DNA of 64,000 nt. Source: Camelus ferus (lineage: Eukaryota). This document shows positions 12,946 to 27,020 of the stretch, one piece after another. Position 1 is the stretch's first letter. Every line of letters begins with the position of its first letter. The position numbers and the translations under genes are program-made. The notes under the pieces are model-generated. The model saw only the letters and a list, made by a program, of their open reading frames with translations, did no database searches and was not told where the DNA came from. The stretch spans positions 28,398,001 through 28,462,000 of the forward strand of contig NC_045697.1 in assembly GCF_009834535.1 (NCBI RefSeq), given 5' to 3'.

Positions 12946-13334
12946 CATACCTGACTGATAAAGTCAAAATCAAAGGCTATTATGCATTCAAACTGACTGA
13001 AGAAAAATCTAGACCCAGATTTGGATTCTTCACATCTGATTTCAAAGCTAAATCCTCAATCCAGTTTTACAACAAACTGATCAGCAACAATGGCTTCCTT
13101 TCTGGGAACAGTAGTCCTAGATGCAGTCAGACTCAAAGAAACACGGAGTGTATCGTCTGCTTGTTTCTCATGCAGAAGAAACCACTGATATTTTTTGGAT
13201 GTTGTTTCTTCTCCACCCTAGTTCTACTTCTATCAGTTACCATTTTTCACAAGCGAAGGAGAAGAAAATTTTGGAAAGCAAAGAACTTACAACACATACC
13301 ATTAAAGAAAGGCCACAATAGAGTTTCTAGTTAA
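12946..13334 (+). CDS. KLB: Beta-klotho exon 5 (end of KL2, transmembrane helix, basic tail, stop)
   Basis: ttttcag|[18 protein letters not shown]...[34 protein letters not shown] at 13332-13334. Confidence 0.97.
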
Positions 13335-13707
13335 ACTGATCCTCTTTCTGTCTGCATGATGGAAACTAAAAATTCACTCCAGTTCCATATACTGGTTAAC
13401 TTACAGAAGATCCACCTTTATTGTAGAAAAAAGACAATTTAAGGTATTAGTGATAGCCAAGGTAATGACAATCGATGTCTTTGCTGTGTGGTTCTGATTT
13501 TCCCTTAGGTGTTGACATCAGTGAATTCAGTTCTTGGATCTGAAGATAAAGGCTTCGCCTAGACAGTAAGCTATCAAATTTGCTTCATGGAGTTTGATGA
13601 GCTGTTTCCTATTATTCTTCCCTAGTTTTCTTCTGAAAACACTAATAGCTACTTATGATAAAAGAAATTGTTTTGAAAAAGTACAACTTTGTTAAGACTC
13701 CATTCAT

Positions 13708-13848
13708 GGGGAGGGTATAGCTTAGTGGTAGAGTGCATGCTAAGCATGCACAAGGTCCTGGTTTCAATCCCCAGCACCTGCATTAAAATAAACGAACAAA
13801 CCTAATTATCACCCCGCCACATAACATTTAAAAAAAAAAAAAAAAAAA
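13708..13848 (+). mobile_element. tRNA-derived SINE (Vic-1-like) in the KLB 3' UTR region
   Basis: ggggagggtatagcttagtggtagagtgcatgctaagcatgcac...tcaatccccagcacc, polyA tail. Confidence 0.88.
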
Positions 13849-15558
13849 GACTACAGAGATTTAGAACTCTTAATACTGGATAGCCAGTAATAAATTGTCA
13901 CTTCTAACAAGGTGCTTTCCCCCTTAGGTCAGGGTGGTTCTCAAATGGAAAGAGAAAATAGGGTAAGTAGTGCTTGTCTATAGCCAGTTACAGTAGACTC
14001 TTAAGCACATCAATCTCTAAGTTTCTAATAGAAATTAAAATAATTAACCATTAATAAACACCTAATTTTGTTGTCTCTCCTTTTATCATTAAAAAAAAAA
14101 CCGTTTAATTTCCATAACTCATCATGTAAAGATCAGAGAAATAAGATGAAAGAAAGCTAGACCCAACTGCCTGTGAACACAAAGTAGTCACTCAACCTCA
14201 CAGTATAGCCACCTCCTCTTCAGACAAATTGACATTCCTCACTTGAATTTTGTGAGGTGACAAGGTGTAGCATGCTTAGTAAAGCTAAACATTTAAAAAG
14301 ATGTAGTTTTATTACCAAGTTACCAAAGGACCATTTATCCTGTAAGACTCTCTCCCCTAAAATGCTTTACTGTTCTGGCACCATAGGCACTTAGGAGCCT
14401 CACGAGGTGTAGAATGCAGCTGTATGTGGACCTAAAACTGAGACTCTTCGGATGCAATTCAGAAAGCTGATGGTCTGAATGAGTTGAAACTGTTCTTACA
14501 TTCAATTTCTGAAGCTAGAATTAAGTAGATTCTTAAATCTGAACTTACAGAGGTTGACTTGCTTGAACTCCATACATAAGGTTTGTTCAGTGTTCTGAAT
14601 GTTGGAGGAAGAAAACTTGAATGTAAATCCATTTATACACATTCTTTCTTTAGGTGAGTCAGTATTTAACTACTCATTGTCCACCCCTCCTGGAATTTAC
14701 TCAAAGGAAAAATTTTCTTTCCTACATAACTGGGATTCTAACTGATAATAATAGCATTAAGTTTCAGAGAGAAATAACACAATTGGTCAATGCAAACAAA
14801 TGCAAAAGTGACGGGAAATCAATTTGCTATTTGGCTGGCCAATTCAAATACTAAACAATTTTGCAGATGTGTTTTTGTCTATTCTCCTTGCCCCCACTTG
14901 CACCTCTCCTTCAACCTTAGCAGTTTTTAGGTTATGCTTTACAAGGATATTTTTTTCTTTCAGAACTAAGTGGGCCTGAGGCCATACACAAGTACAGTAG
15001 CTAGTCATTGTGATAATTTTATGGAATAACAAATGAGCAACTCAACTTTTTAACCATTAACATTCAGGGTTTTGAGAAAAAAACGCATTTTCACTCATAA
15101 CAGATTTGGAATTAAGGTTTTGCTTTCTTAATCTCTAAATACTTTAATGATTATTTTGTTTACCGTCTTCCCTTTTTGCCACTTGGGAATTATTTTACTA
15201 GTTTTTAAGCCATCATCATATAAGAATCCCTAGGTAAGTATTTAATCCAGCTCATGATCAGTTATACTATTCTTAGACTCATTTAAAAATCATAAAATGT
15301 CAATTAGAAACTGTTGATAGCTTTTGACAGGACAAGAGCTTTAGAATTCAAGCTTTTTTGAGATTTAGAAGAAAAAAAATCTTAAAATCTAACTTGTTAC
15401 TTTGTATACTGTTACATTCCTTGTATTCAATTAAAGAATCCTGTCTTTCACTAACAAGTCTGACATAGATACATCACAACTATGGTGTTCAAAAAGCCTC
15501 TGAATAATGAAGTCAGTACATTGTGACTGAATGTTTAATTTTCAATGTAATTTATTCC

Positions 15559-15565
15559 AAATAAA
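15559..15565 (+). terminator. KLB: Candidate distal KLB polyadenylation signal
   Basis: AATAAA with upstream TGTA, about 2.2 kb past the stop; other AATAAA hexamers occur near 13787, 13889 and 14053. Confidence 0.4.
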
Positions 15566-17529
15566 CTGGTTTATGCTGATTGTTCATATTCAACTAACAA
15601 TCTGGTCAATTTTAAGAACTGTGGAATGTAAACGGGTTTAGTTTCTTAACTGGGTTCTGCCAACACTACCTCCCCCCCATCCTCTGAAACTATGTGCCAA
15701 TGGGAGGCTTGCTTTCTGGGTATGTTTTCCCACTACACAATGTGGACTCCTATACCACAAAATTGGAAAACAAAACAAAACAAAACCCAACACACACACA
15801 AGCTTATCCACAGCAGACACAGAAAACATGGAAATCTTCCCTGGGAAGAACAAGTTTCATTTACTACATCCAAGTTATTAAATGTAAATCACTAGCTACA
15901 GCCAACCTTCAGTAGTTATCCTGTGAAGGCCCCATACCAATCCACTTCACTCCTGAAATCATTTACTCCCGCAGCCGCGACTGCTTATACATTGACACTC
16001 TTCAACTGTAACGCCTCTATCCCTTTGCTACTTAGAAATTTCTTTCTCAAGCCTCAAATTTAACTTTGAAACTCTGTCAATACCTTCCAAAACATCTAAT
16101 CTCATTGCCATTACTGAGTCTCCATAACTTGAATCTCCCTGGCAACCTGGGCACCATTCACTCAGCAAACAGCTATGTGCCAGGCATTGTTCCAGGTACT
16201 TGGAATATCCCAGAAAAGACCACATCTTCATGAACGTTAGATTCTAGCAAGAAAAAAGCGTACAATCCATACACAAACTATAAAAACTACTTTATAAAAA
16301 AGTGGAGTAGGGTAAGGGTATGTTAGGATGGGGATAAGGAGTGAGCACAATTAATAGGGTGGACAAAGTAGGCTTCACTGAAAACATTTGTAGACTTAAA
16401 AGTTGTCACTCCAAAGGGAAACCACACTTCCAAAAGGATGACAACTTTCAGGCTTTAAGGCAATGGTATTATAAGGTTAATTGAGGTCAATCTAGCCGTA
16501 ATGTAGTCAGACTGGTTAAGATGCAAGTTGAAAGTATGAAAATGTTTCTGGCAACTGCTGAGAACAGATGGGGGAGGTGATCAGTTAAAAGGCTATCCCA
16601 CTAATCCAGGTGAAATATAAATGGTTTTTGGCTTCATCTTTTAATTATGAATAATTTCAAAACTTTATCCAAGTAGGAATAGTACAGTAAATCCCCATGG
16701 CTCAGCTTCAACAACAATTAAAACCCTAGAACTTCAACGCCTACCCCAAACCTCACCTCATATATTTCAAAGCAAAAGCTTTATTTACCATTTCATCTAT
16801 TTCTTTAAAAGTTTAACCATCATCAAAGCAAAGATTAACTCTTTACTATAAAAAATAACTTCATTCGTTTAAATCAAGATCTTAATAAGGTCCACCATAT
16901 ATTCCAAATGGTTTTTATTTTTTCTTGCTTAATCCTTATCTTACCTTAAAAGGCAGAGCCTACAGATTTTTCTAATGGATTGGACACATATGTGTAAGAG
17001 AAATCAACGTCGAATGTTACGCTTTGCCTGAGAACTCAAGGCTGATGTTTCCATCAAATAAAATGGGGAAGACTACAGGAAGAGGTTTGGGGGTTACCCT
17101 ATTAAGATAGTCTAGTATGGTAGCTTATCTAAAGCATGACACACAGAATTAAAGAGATTACGGTAAGATTACCAGTTTTGTTTCTTTTTTTAAAAGTATC
17201 AAGGACTAAGACACAGGAGTAAATGGCAAGACTAAGAGAACCGTGGACCACAGCAACTGTATTATGAATACAAATTAACTCCATCTTCTAATTCTTACTA
17301 AGGCTGTATCACTGTTTCACTTCCCAGGTGCTGTTTCACAAGTTACTGATACACCTGTCACTAGTACCTGTATTCCCCTTGCCTGAAATACCCTTAATAT
17401 TCCTTCAAAACCAGACTCCCGTTGTCTTACTAGAAAAAAACAACTATTTGTTATTGTTCTTAGCACACTAGAACTTACTTAACTGCTTACTGACCAAATA
17501 GTTGGAAACAACAATCAGTTTAAGAAAAA

Positions 17530-17621
17530 GTCCCAATCAACACAGCTTTTATTTATCCTTAAGATATTACAAATGAATCTGAAGAGTCATCTGGCATCTT
17601 GCTCTTTCTGTACCCGGACAA
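17530..17621 (-). other. RPL9: RPL9 last exon (3' UTR only) with AATAAA at 17548-17553
   Basis: Minus-strand ttttacag| acceptor at 17622-17623; AATAAA about 70 nt downstream; 3' end approximate. Confidence 0.8.
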
Positions 17622-17876
17622 CTGTAAAAAGAAATGAAAATATCTGTAAATCTCCATCAATATCCCTGCCTGGTAAAGTTGTATTCTGAATAAACCTAAA
17701 ATGCACTTTAAGATTATGAATTATTGGTTCACAGGAAAAACATATCAATTCTCTTATTTTGCTAAATTTACAGAATGCAACTCTCCATTTTCTGCCATTA
17801 CAACTCCAGTTTTAAGTTTTTAAAACCCCCCTAAAGCAGTAATAAAACTTATAGACACAAGAACCTACCTTAAATA

Positions 17877-18026
<150 letters not shown>

Positions 18027-18204
18027 TCATCTAAAGAAAGTATTTTATTATATGCTATACTTAAAACCCAAGAATCTTTGGGATAGCTTTTAACTAGAGT
18101 CCCCTAGTTTTAAAAAACTCACCAAGTGAACATATACCACATATTCAACCACAAGATTTAGATAAAATTTTGTAGGTATAATTAGGCAGACTAAACATAC
18201 AAAC

Positions 18205-18285
18205 CTGAATTTGATACCAGTTCAATGTCGTTTCCCTCAAGAACTAACTCATCTTTCTGAGCTTGAGATACTGAACAAGCAACAC
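18205..18285 (-). CDS. RPL9: RPL9 exon 6
   Basis: 81 nt; [31 protein letters not shown] flanks. Confidence 0.96.
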
Positions 18286-19088
18286 CTAAAAGGGAAGAGA
18301 GCATTTGCAGTGTCTACATACAGATTTGTAGAATATTTAATTTAACAGTATTTAAGTAGCAATTTACTTCACTTAATATTCTACACACCAAATGAAACTT
18401 TTAAAAAATAACAGAATCTGACTTACGTGGGCCAAAATCTTATGTTCCTTCTTGGATGAATCTCTCCAGACTGATTAAAGACTATGATTCAATTAAGGAG
18501 TTATAAGATGGTATTCAGCTATGATTTAGCTGTACAAAGCTTTGTATCCAGTCCTACTTCAACTGCAAATATTTGGTATCCCTCAAAGCTTATTTTTTTA
18601 CATAAGGATTAAGTGTTGGTGACCATAGCTGACAACATGTAATATTCTTATAGAACTCTGTACTTCCCATCCCTCCCCACTTTAATGGAATCAAAAAGCA
18701 CCGAGAGCACTAATTTTCTAATGTTTCAGTATGTATTATGTATCAGACAAGAATTATTTTAAGTGAATTTCAATTTTAAGTCATGTAATCATGAGATGTT
18801 TCCAGTTGTACCGATGAATAGAATGAGCTACACAGAAGTTATCTGCCCCAGGTTGACAGTGAGAGCTTTGAACCCAGAGTCTGTCATTAACTACTATTCA
18901 AATGGTCTTTTATTAGGATTTCAGTTTGCAAAACTAAACACAGCTAGCTACCACACCTTGCAAACTACCCCAATATGTAAGCCTTCAGGACTCACAATTG
19001 GTGTAAATATGATATGAAGCCATAATCAAATAGATAATTCTGAAATAAATCTGGTTTATTTATAGTAAATTCCAAATATCAGCCTTTA

Positions 19089-19250
<162 letters not shown>

Positions 19251-19319
19251 CTAAGTTAAGCAAATAAACCATGAGCAACGCTGAGAAAATTTTAAGACCA
19301 GAAAACAAAAACCAATTTT

Positions 19320-19690
19320 TTTTCTCTGAAAACCAAGTAGTTGTTCTTTTGTAAGAAACATTTACAGTTATCAGTACAGTCTCCCTCTCTACCTGGTAAA
19401 GGATGACCAAATCTCTAGACGTTATCAATGGAGACTTACTTAAATCTGCATCACAATTGCCTTCTTTACTGTGCTTCCCCATAACTGACTCTCCCCACCT
19501 TGTTTTTAGCTGAGGATCTTAAGGTGAAGTCTTCAGCCATTCTGGCAAGTTATTCAGTTTTCCTGGGTAAATCCCATGTATATACATTATTAAACTGTTT
19601 TTCTCCTGTTAATCTGCCATATGACAATTTAATTCTTAGACAGCCAGAAGAACCCTAAAAGGGTAGAAGAAAATTTCTTCCTCTCCAACA
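19320..19690 (+). mobile_element. ERV LTR remnant in RPL9 intron 4
   Basis: attaaactgtttttctcctgttaatctg...gccagaagaacccta...atttcttcctctccaaca resembles an ERV1-type R/U5 end; 5' edge uncertain. Confidence 0.6.
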
Positions 19691-20298
19691 AAGGAAACCG
19701 AAATGGTCCTCACAAAGCACTCACTGTCAAGGTTTTGTAACAGTATTATCTACACCAAGCTCTACAAAAATTGTGTACCTAAAAATTTTTGTCTCCCTAG
19801 TTTAAGGAAGCATGTATTTCACTACCTCCTATGTCCACAGTAAACAACTGTATTCCTAAGAAAGGAGAATCCCAAAGCCCTTCATCTTGGGCATCAGGCT
19901 AATGTACTGAGTTACTAAGGTATGCAAGAACAGAAGGAAAAAGAAAAAGACAGCCCGGCTCTAAAGAAGCTTAACCTGGGGTCAAGGGGAAACACTGAAG
20001 GATAAAATTATAATGAAATTAAGTACAAGGTGCCATTATCAGGTGCGCTCTAGAAGGGCAAAATTTTAAAGGAAAAAAAAAAATTTCAAAAGTCACAGCA
20101 TGAACTTTATCTTAAAGGCTGGGGGAGGCGTGGAGAAAGAATAGTGACCTCAAATGTCTTTAGGGAAATGGACAGGGAGGATCCCTAGAACAGGCCCTAG
20201 TGGTGAGAGGCACTTAAACAATCTAAGTGTTACATTTTCTATTTTAAAAAACACACCCTGAAGATGTGAATCTTATCTGTGTGGATAAAACACCATCA

Positions 20299-20487
<189 letters not shown>

Positions 20488-20868
20488 CTATAGATTCTAA
20501 TATTTGTCCTAATTAAAGCCCATGATTTTCAAGGGGAAAAATATCAACTACACATAAAGCCCTCAATACTCAAAACATTTTTGTTACTATACATCACAGG
20601 TACACACTTTCACAAAGAAATGACAACCCAGGAACACTGATTTTTGTTTAAGTTGCATCAAACTTCACTTCTGGGAAGCTAAAATACCAGGTTTCAAAGA
20701 CCTACTGGGATGTCCCTAAGATTCTTATAAAACAACCAGGAGAAAAGTAAACTTAACGTGTAACAGTATTAAGACCTGCTACTAATGATGGCTACTAGTA
20801 GTACTGAGCATTATACTCTGTTCAGAATTTGGTTTCCCAATTTCTCGAAAGCAACAACACTGATACTA

Positions 20869-21253
<385 letters not shown>

Positions 21254-21687
21254 TCTGAAACACAAACACCTGGGGTAAGAAGGCCGCGCAGGACCTATTT
21301 TCGACCAAACTACCCTGCCCGGAACTCCACTCCCACCGGAGACAGGCAGGGAGACAGCCCGGGGAAGATGCGGGAGGACCACTAAGGAAAGCGGCCCCGC
21401 TGCGCCCTGGCCTGGAAGCAGCAGCTCTAGGCGGGTATTAACGAGCCTAGCGGGCGAACTCCCGTTCACAGCAACCCTACCAACCCGACCTGGCAAGGCT
21501 GAGGAGCGGCGGGTAGGCCTGAAAACCCAGTACAGGGCTCGAACCCCAGCACCGCCAGATTCATATGGCGCTCGCCGCGCGGGGGGACCACCAAGACAGT
21601 TTCCGAAGGCCAGACCCGCGCCGCTGGCTGTCCCACAGCCGATGGCTTCAGATTCCTAGAGCCCACCGATTACAGAACCACCCTCAC

Positions 21688-21716
21688 CTCGCAGTAGATG
21701 CGGCAAAGAGAGAGCG
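21688..21716 (-). promoter_or_regulatory. RPL9: RPL9 non-coding exon 1 with 5'TOP pyrimidine tract / TCT initiator
   Basis: Minus strand CGCTCTCTCTTTGCCGCATCTACTGCGAG|gtgagg; typical ribosomal-protein 5'TOP start. Confidence 0.85.
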
Positions 21717-21926
21717 TCTTTCGTCATCACGTTCTTGTAGCCCGTATGAGGCCTGCGTATGGCGTCATAAGCACGCGACGCCACTGAGGCCCAAGCAGCC
21801 AATCGCGGAGCAGCTCAAGTTCCACTGGGTCAGTCAGCTTGTCTGTCATAAAGCGAGCGACGGTTTGTCCTTCGCTTTTCCCGGGAATTAGTGATTGCTC
21901 AGCCCTGTTAGAGAAAAGACAGCAGG

Positions 21927-21971
21927 ATGTCTTTACGCTGCGGGGGCGCCGTCCGCACCGTGAGCCCCCGG
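21927..21971 (+). CDS. LIAS: Lipoyl synthase, mitochondrial, exon 1 (transit peptide)
   Basis: MSLRCGGAVRTVSPR then |gtgag; 45 nt. Confidence 0.93.
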
Positions 21972-22935
21972 GTGAGCGGCGGTGCGAGCAGGATGAGGGC
22001 GTGGGGTGGGAGGGTTCTTCTCCCTTTAGATCACCCAATAATGCCAGCACTGAGTGTTTACTTGTAGCCAGGTACCGTTCTAAAGCTTTTTTTCATGTGG
22101 TGTCTCATTTAATTCTTCCGATACTCCCAGGAAGTAAAATCTCTGGCGTTGGTTTGTCTATAGGTCTCTCTGGCCGGCGCTGAGAGCTTTCTTGCTTGAT
22201 CAGTGATTTGTACTCTGTATTTACTGGAGCACTGCAGTGAGCCCTCCAAGTTACTACTTTATGTTGGGCTCTTCCTGTGTACTAGACAACACTGCGGGCG
22301 ATTAAAACACAAATGTGTGTTCTAGGCTTGAGGGGGAGACCTGGGCAAGTACAGTGACAATCGTGCAGCACTCTAACTGCACTTTTTTTTTTTTAATTGT
22401 TGAAGGTTCTTTTGCGTTACAAGTACTGACTCTTGAGTGTTACAGTATTTTGCCTGTCTTGTACATTGTGTATTCAAATCTAGAAGCCGATGGCTTCCTG
22501 TAGTCAACAAATATATATTGAATGACTTCCTTGTTCAAACACAGCATGTAACCTAGAAAATTAAAACGTTAGGTTTGGTTTCCCAAAACTCTTACATCTT
22601 CTCCTGTATTTGCAGTTTGAACTTGAAAGACAGACTTTTAGTACCTAAAAGGGTTATATTAAAGTGTGACATGTTAGCCAGTTCCAAAGGCTTCCAAATT
22701 TATTCTAAATCTAGCAGGAAATGGTTGGCTCCCATTCTCCTTTAGATTTGGTTTGTTCCCCTTAGGTCCTCTTTAATCTTAGATTCTAAGCTCCTACACA
22801 GAGCTTGTAAATAATTTTTACATAATTTCCGAATCCATTCTCTGACTTTACCCTTACTTTTAGTTATGAAGATAGGTTAAGACTTAATTATTCCAAACGC
22901 CACTAAATAAATGTCATAATGATCTCTTTCTTTAG

Positions 22936-23108
22936 GTATTTGGAAGTTATTTACACAGTCCAGTCAGAGCAGTAAGTTCCTTGCCAGATAAAAAAAAGGA
23001 ATTTTTACAGAATGGACCAGACCTTCAGGATTTTGTGTCTGGTGATCTTGCAGACAAGAGCACCTGGGATGAATATAAAGGAAACTTAAAACGCCAGAAA
23101 GGAGAAAG
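22936..23108 (+). CDS. LIAS: LIAS exon 2
   Basis: 173 nt; [36 protein letters not shown]...KRQKGE. Confidence 0.96.
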
Positions 23109-24082
23109 GTAATTGAAATTTTGAGGTAATTACAATGTCCCATGCCTTCATTGTGCATTATTTTTAGATTAACCAAGCCCTTGAAAATATTTTTAAACAG
23201 CTTGTTAAATTTAGCTAAAAATCATTAGAAAGAAGTAATAACAGATATAGACTGAACAGGTAAGTAGGTGAAATTGTTGGAATCCTTTTCTTTTCTCTGT
23301 GCCTTCTGACAGTTTTTCTTAACCTTCCTAGGGCTTAGCCATCCTATACATCCATCTCCCATTTTCCATCCAGCAACAAATTTCTTTAGAGAGCAAAGAT
23401 TATCACCTTGCTGCTAGTCTATGAGACTTTGATAAGTTTTTTTTTTATAAATTTTTTTATTGTTGCTAGATGTTATCATCTAACTTACTGCTTCTTCTAG
23501 TCATTGTACAAATGACCTATGGATAGCTTGCTTTAATTTAAAAGAATGATGAGAGAATTTCATGTGGAGTAAACTGTTTTGAGAAATATTTTACCCAACA
23601 ACTTCTAGATCACAGGTGGGTGGAATTCAAGGGGAACCTGAGGATACATAGTCTTTCCTCTAAGTTTCAGATTCTTTCCATTTAATACCTATCAAAATCT
23701 GGAATGCAGAGCAGAAATTACACTTGTGGGATCTCTCCTTACTCATATTACCCAATGGGGAATGAGATGTTCAAAACGTCCTCATTTTTTAAATTTGGAT
23801 GGTGTTCTTTGTGCCTTTGCATAAGATAGACATGAGAATAGTTAGATATTCCCTGCCTGCGTGTCTCTGTTAGACACAATTATGGGTGTTTTCTACAGTG
23901 GTTTAAGCAAACCTAAATTTGATTCTCTGTTATTACTCCTATGGCAGAAATTAAAGGGTTAATCCAGGATTATGGTGAAAAAATTCTTAACTAGAAATTG
24001 TAATAGAGGAAGGTAACATCAAAGCTGTGTAATTATTTGATAACATATTTGTTAATGCATAATTATGTTTGGCTTTCCTCAG

Positions 24083-24176
24083 ATTAAGACTACCTCCATG
24101 GCTAAAGACAGAGATTCCCATGGGGAAAAATTACAATAAACTGAAAAATACATTGCGAAACTTAAATCTCCATACA
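24083..24176 (+). CDS. LIAS: LIAS exon 3
   Basis: 94 nt; [31 protein letters not shown]. Confidence 0.96.
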
Positions 24177-24763
24177 GTAAGTTGTCAAAGGGTTAAATAT
24201 CCCTCTACTAAGAGCCATAATGTTACCATATATGTAACTTAAAAATTAGTAAAATATGTACCTTTAACAGCAAGGAAACTAAACAAAGATGTTTAGTAAT
24301 ATGTTATTCTCAGTAATGGAAATACATTTTAAAATTATTTTCCCTGTGAAAGAAACAATTAATTGTATTTCTTAACCTCTCACCAATAGTACAAAAAAAA
24401 TTCTTTTTCTGCTGCTTATGGAATGGGTTTTGTTTGTTTGTTTTATATCACAAATTAAGTACATTTCCCACAAATTTGTGGGGAAAAGTATATTAAATGT
24501 GAAACATCATATGCACAATCTCAAATGTTTAACTGTTAAATCACTTGAACAGTTCAATATATACCCTTGCAGACCTTTTTCTTTGCACATGTAAAATAGA
24601 TACAATCATATAGTTTTTAATTTAAGCATGGAATCCTAACACCTATATAGTTTTGCAGTTTAATGGCATTTTTGAATAGTGAATTTCTTCATATATATGC
24701 TGTAAAGAATGTAAATACCTGATCACTAATTTGCTCAATTGTTGAATATTTTTTTCAACCTGA

Positions 24764-24985
<222 letters not shown>

Positions 24986-25189
24986 TGAGTTTATAAGAAA
25001 TGTGGAAAAAAATCTGACAGAATAATCCAGCCTGTTATGATTGCACCCTTCTTGCATACGTCTATTGTGATTCTTCCCTCTACCTGATAGTTAATCGTAT
25101 GCTGCCTTGAGATCGCCATTCTATTAATTTTTGGAAATAGTGTTCATGATTGCTTAAATTGTTATTCATGTTGCCCCCAAATAACAAGT

Positions 25190-25590
25190 GTTTATTTTTC
25201 TCTCTCATGGGTCTTTCAGTTGACCTGTGTTCAGCAGATCTTGACTGGGCTAAATTGGACTCCAGGAAGTAGGTTGGGTTCAGATCTACTCTACAGAGCT
25301 TTCTCTCATTGTTCCAGCAGCTCTCCAAGGCATATTCTTAACATGGGAAATGGAAGGAGCACAAGAGAGCAAGCCAACCATCTAAAGCACTTTTGAGGCT
25401 TCTGCTTGGTCATGTCTACTATCATTCTGTTGGCCAAATTAAGCCACATGGCCAAGCCAGACATCAATGGGGTTAGAAGCATAAGTTCCCCAACCAGTAG
25501 GCGGGCCCTGCAAGTTACATGGAAAAGGGTGAGATGTAATCTTAATATGGTGGAGTAAGAAGTGGGATTAGCCATTCAGTCTACCATATT
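25190..25590. mobile_element. MaLR (MLT1-like) LTR remnant
   Basis: cattctgttggccaaa...cacatggccaagcc...cagtctaccat motifs. Confidence 0.6.
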
Positions 25591-26694
25591 TACTTACCCA
25601 TAGGGGTTTGGAGATTGAGGTATTGGGTTAAATCTAAATTATGTGCAACTGAAAGTTCCTGCTTGCCTGGGAATATCTGATAAGCTGTTGAGTTGTACCA
25701 GCAGGAGACTATTTACATGAAGAACTGAGGATTGAGGATTCTTATGAGATAGAGCTCCTTCTGGAATAATACAGAGCTGGCCATAGAGCTTATCCAAGTT
25801 ATACAACATCAATTCTTGAAGAAAGGAGTGGTTCTGAATACTCCGTGAAGGGACTGGTTTCATCCCTTGCCCAGTCCCGTTCTCCACTGTTGACTCATTA
25901 CTGGTTCCTGGGAAGACTTCATTGTTTCAGTAAAATTCTGTGAGACATTGGCCCTAATTACCCTTGGCAGTGAATCCCCTCTGAGAGAGTTAAACATAAA
26001 GGGGAAGAATTGCTTTCTCCTCAGTCACAACCCCTCCTGTGGAGCTTTGAAACTCCATTGGCCCCAGAACATATGCAGTGGCTGTACTTGGCCAGGGGCA
26101 GAGCATCGTAGTGACCTGTGGTGGCAGAAGCGGTGTCTGGAGAAACAGCAGTACACATAGGAAACAGATTATAAAGTTTTTATGTGTTTTCTCTTTCATC
26201 TTTAACATCTGGAGCTGTGCCTTCTGTTTAATTTTCACAGGCATCTGCATGTTGGTGTGTTAATTGAATATTTTGTTCCTTTTAAAATCATTTTTGTTAG
26301 TATTAAATAGATACAAAAGAATCTTTATAGCTTATTAGTTTATGTGTAAGTTATAAAGATTACCAGTACAACAGACACTGACACTCACCTCCAGTTTGAG
26401 AGTAGAACATTGGTCTTAGCTTTGAACCCCTCTGTGCATCTCTTCCCAGTCACTTCCCCTTTTGAAAAAGGGAAAATCCTTAATGCTGCTTTTAATTCTG
26501 AGCTTATCATTTCCTTTTCTTTCTGGTTTTACCATATATGTTTGTATTTCTTAACTATGTTGTTTAGCCTTGAATGTTTCAAATTTCTTACAAACAGAAT
26601 CAAATTGTTCATTCATTGCAACTTTATTCTCTCAACATTACATTCTTCAGGGTCATCTGCTTATTTGATTTAACTTGTAACATCTCTGTTCTAG

Positions 26695-26853
<159 letters not shown>

Positions 26854-26903
26854 TAGTGCGTCATCATTGCCTCTTCCAGAAATTGGCTCTTACTAAGTTG
26901 TGA

Positions 26904-27020
<117 letters not shown>

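Larger units (their letters stand above)
21270..22010. promoter_or_regulatory. CpG island / bidirectional RPL9-LIAS promoter
   Basis: CpG-dense; divergent first exons about 210 bp apart; CCAAT at 21799-21803; CGTCA half-CREs near 21722 and 21763. Confidence 0.85.
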
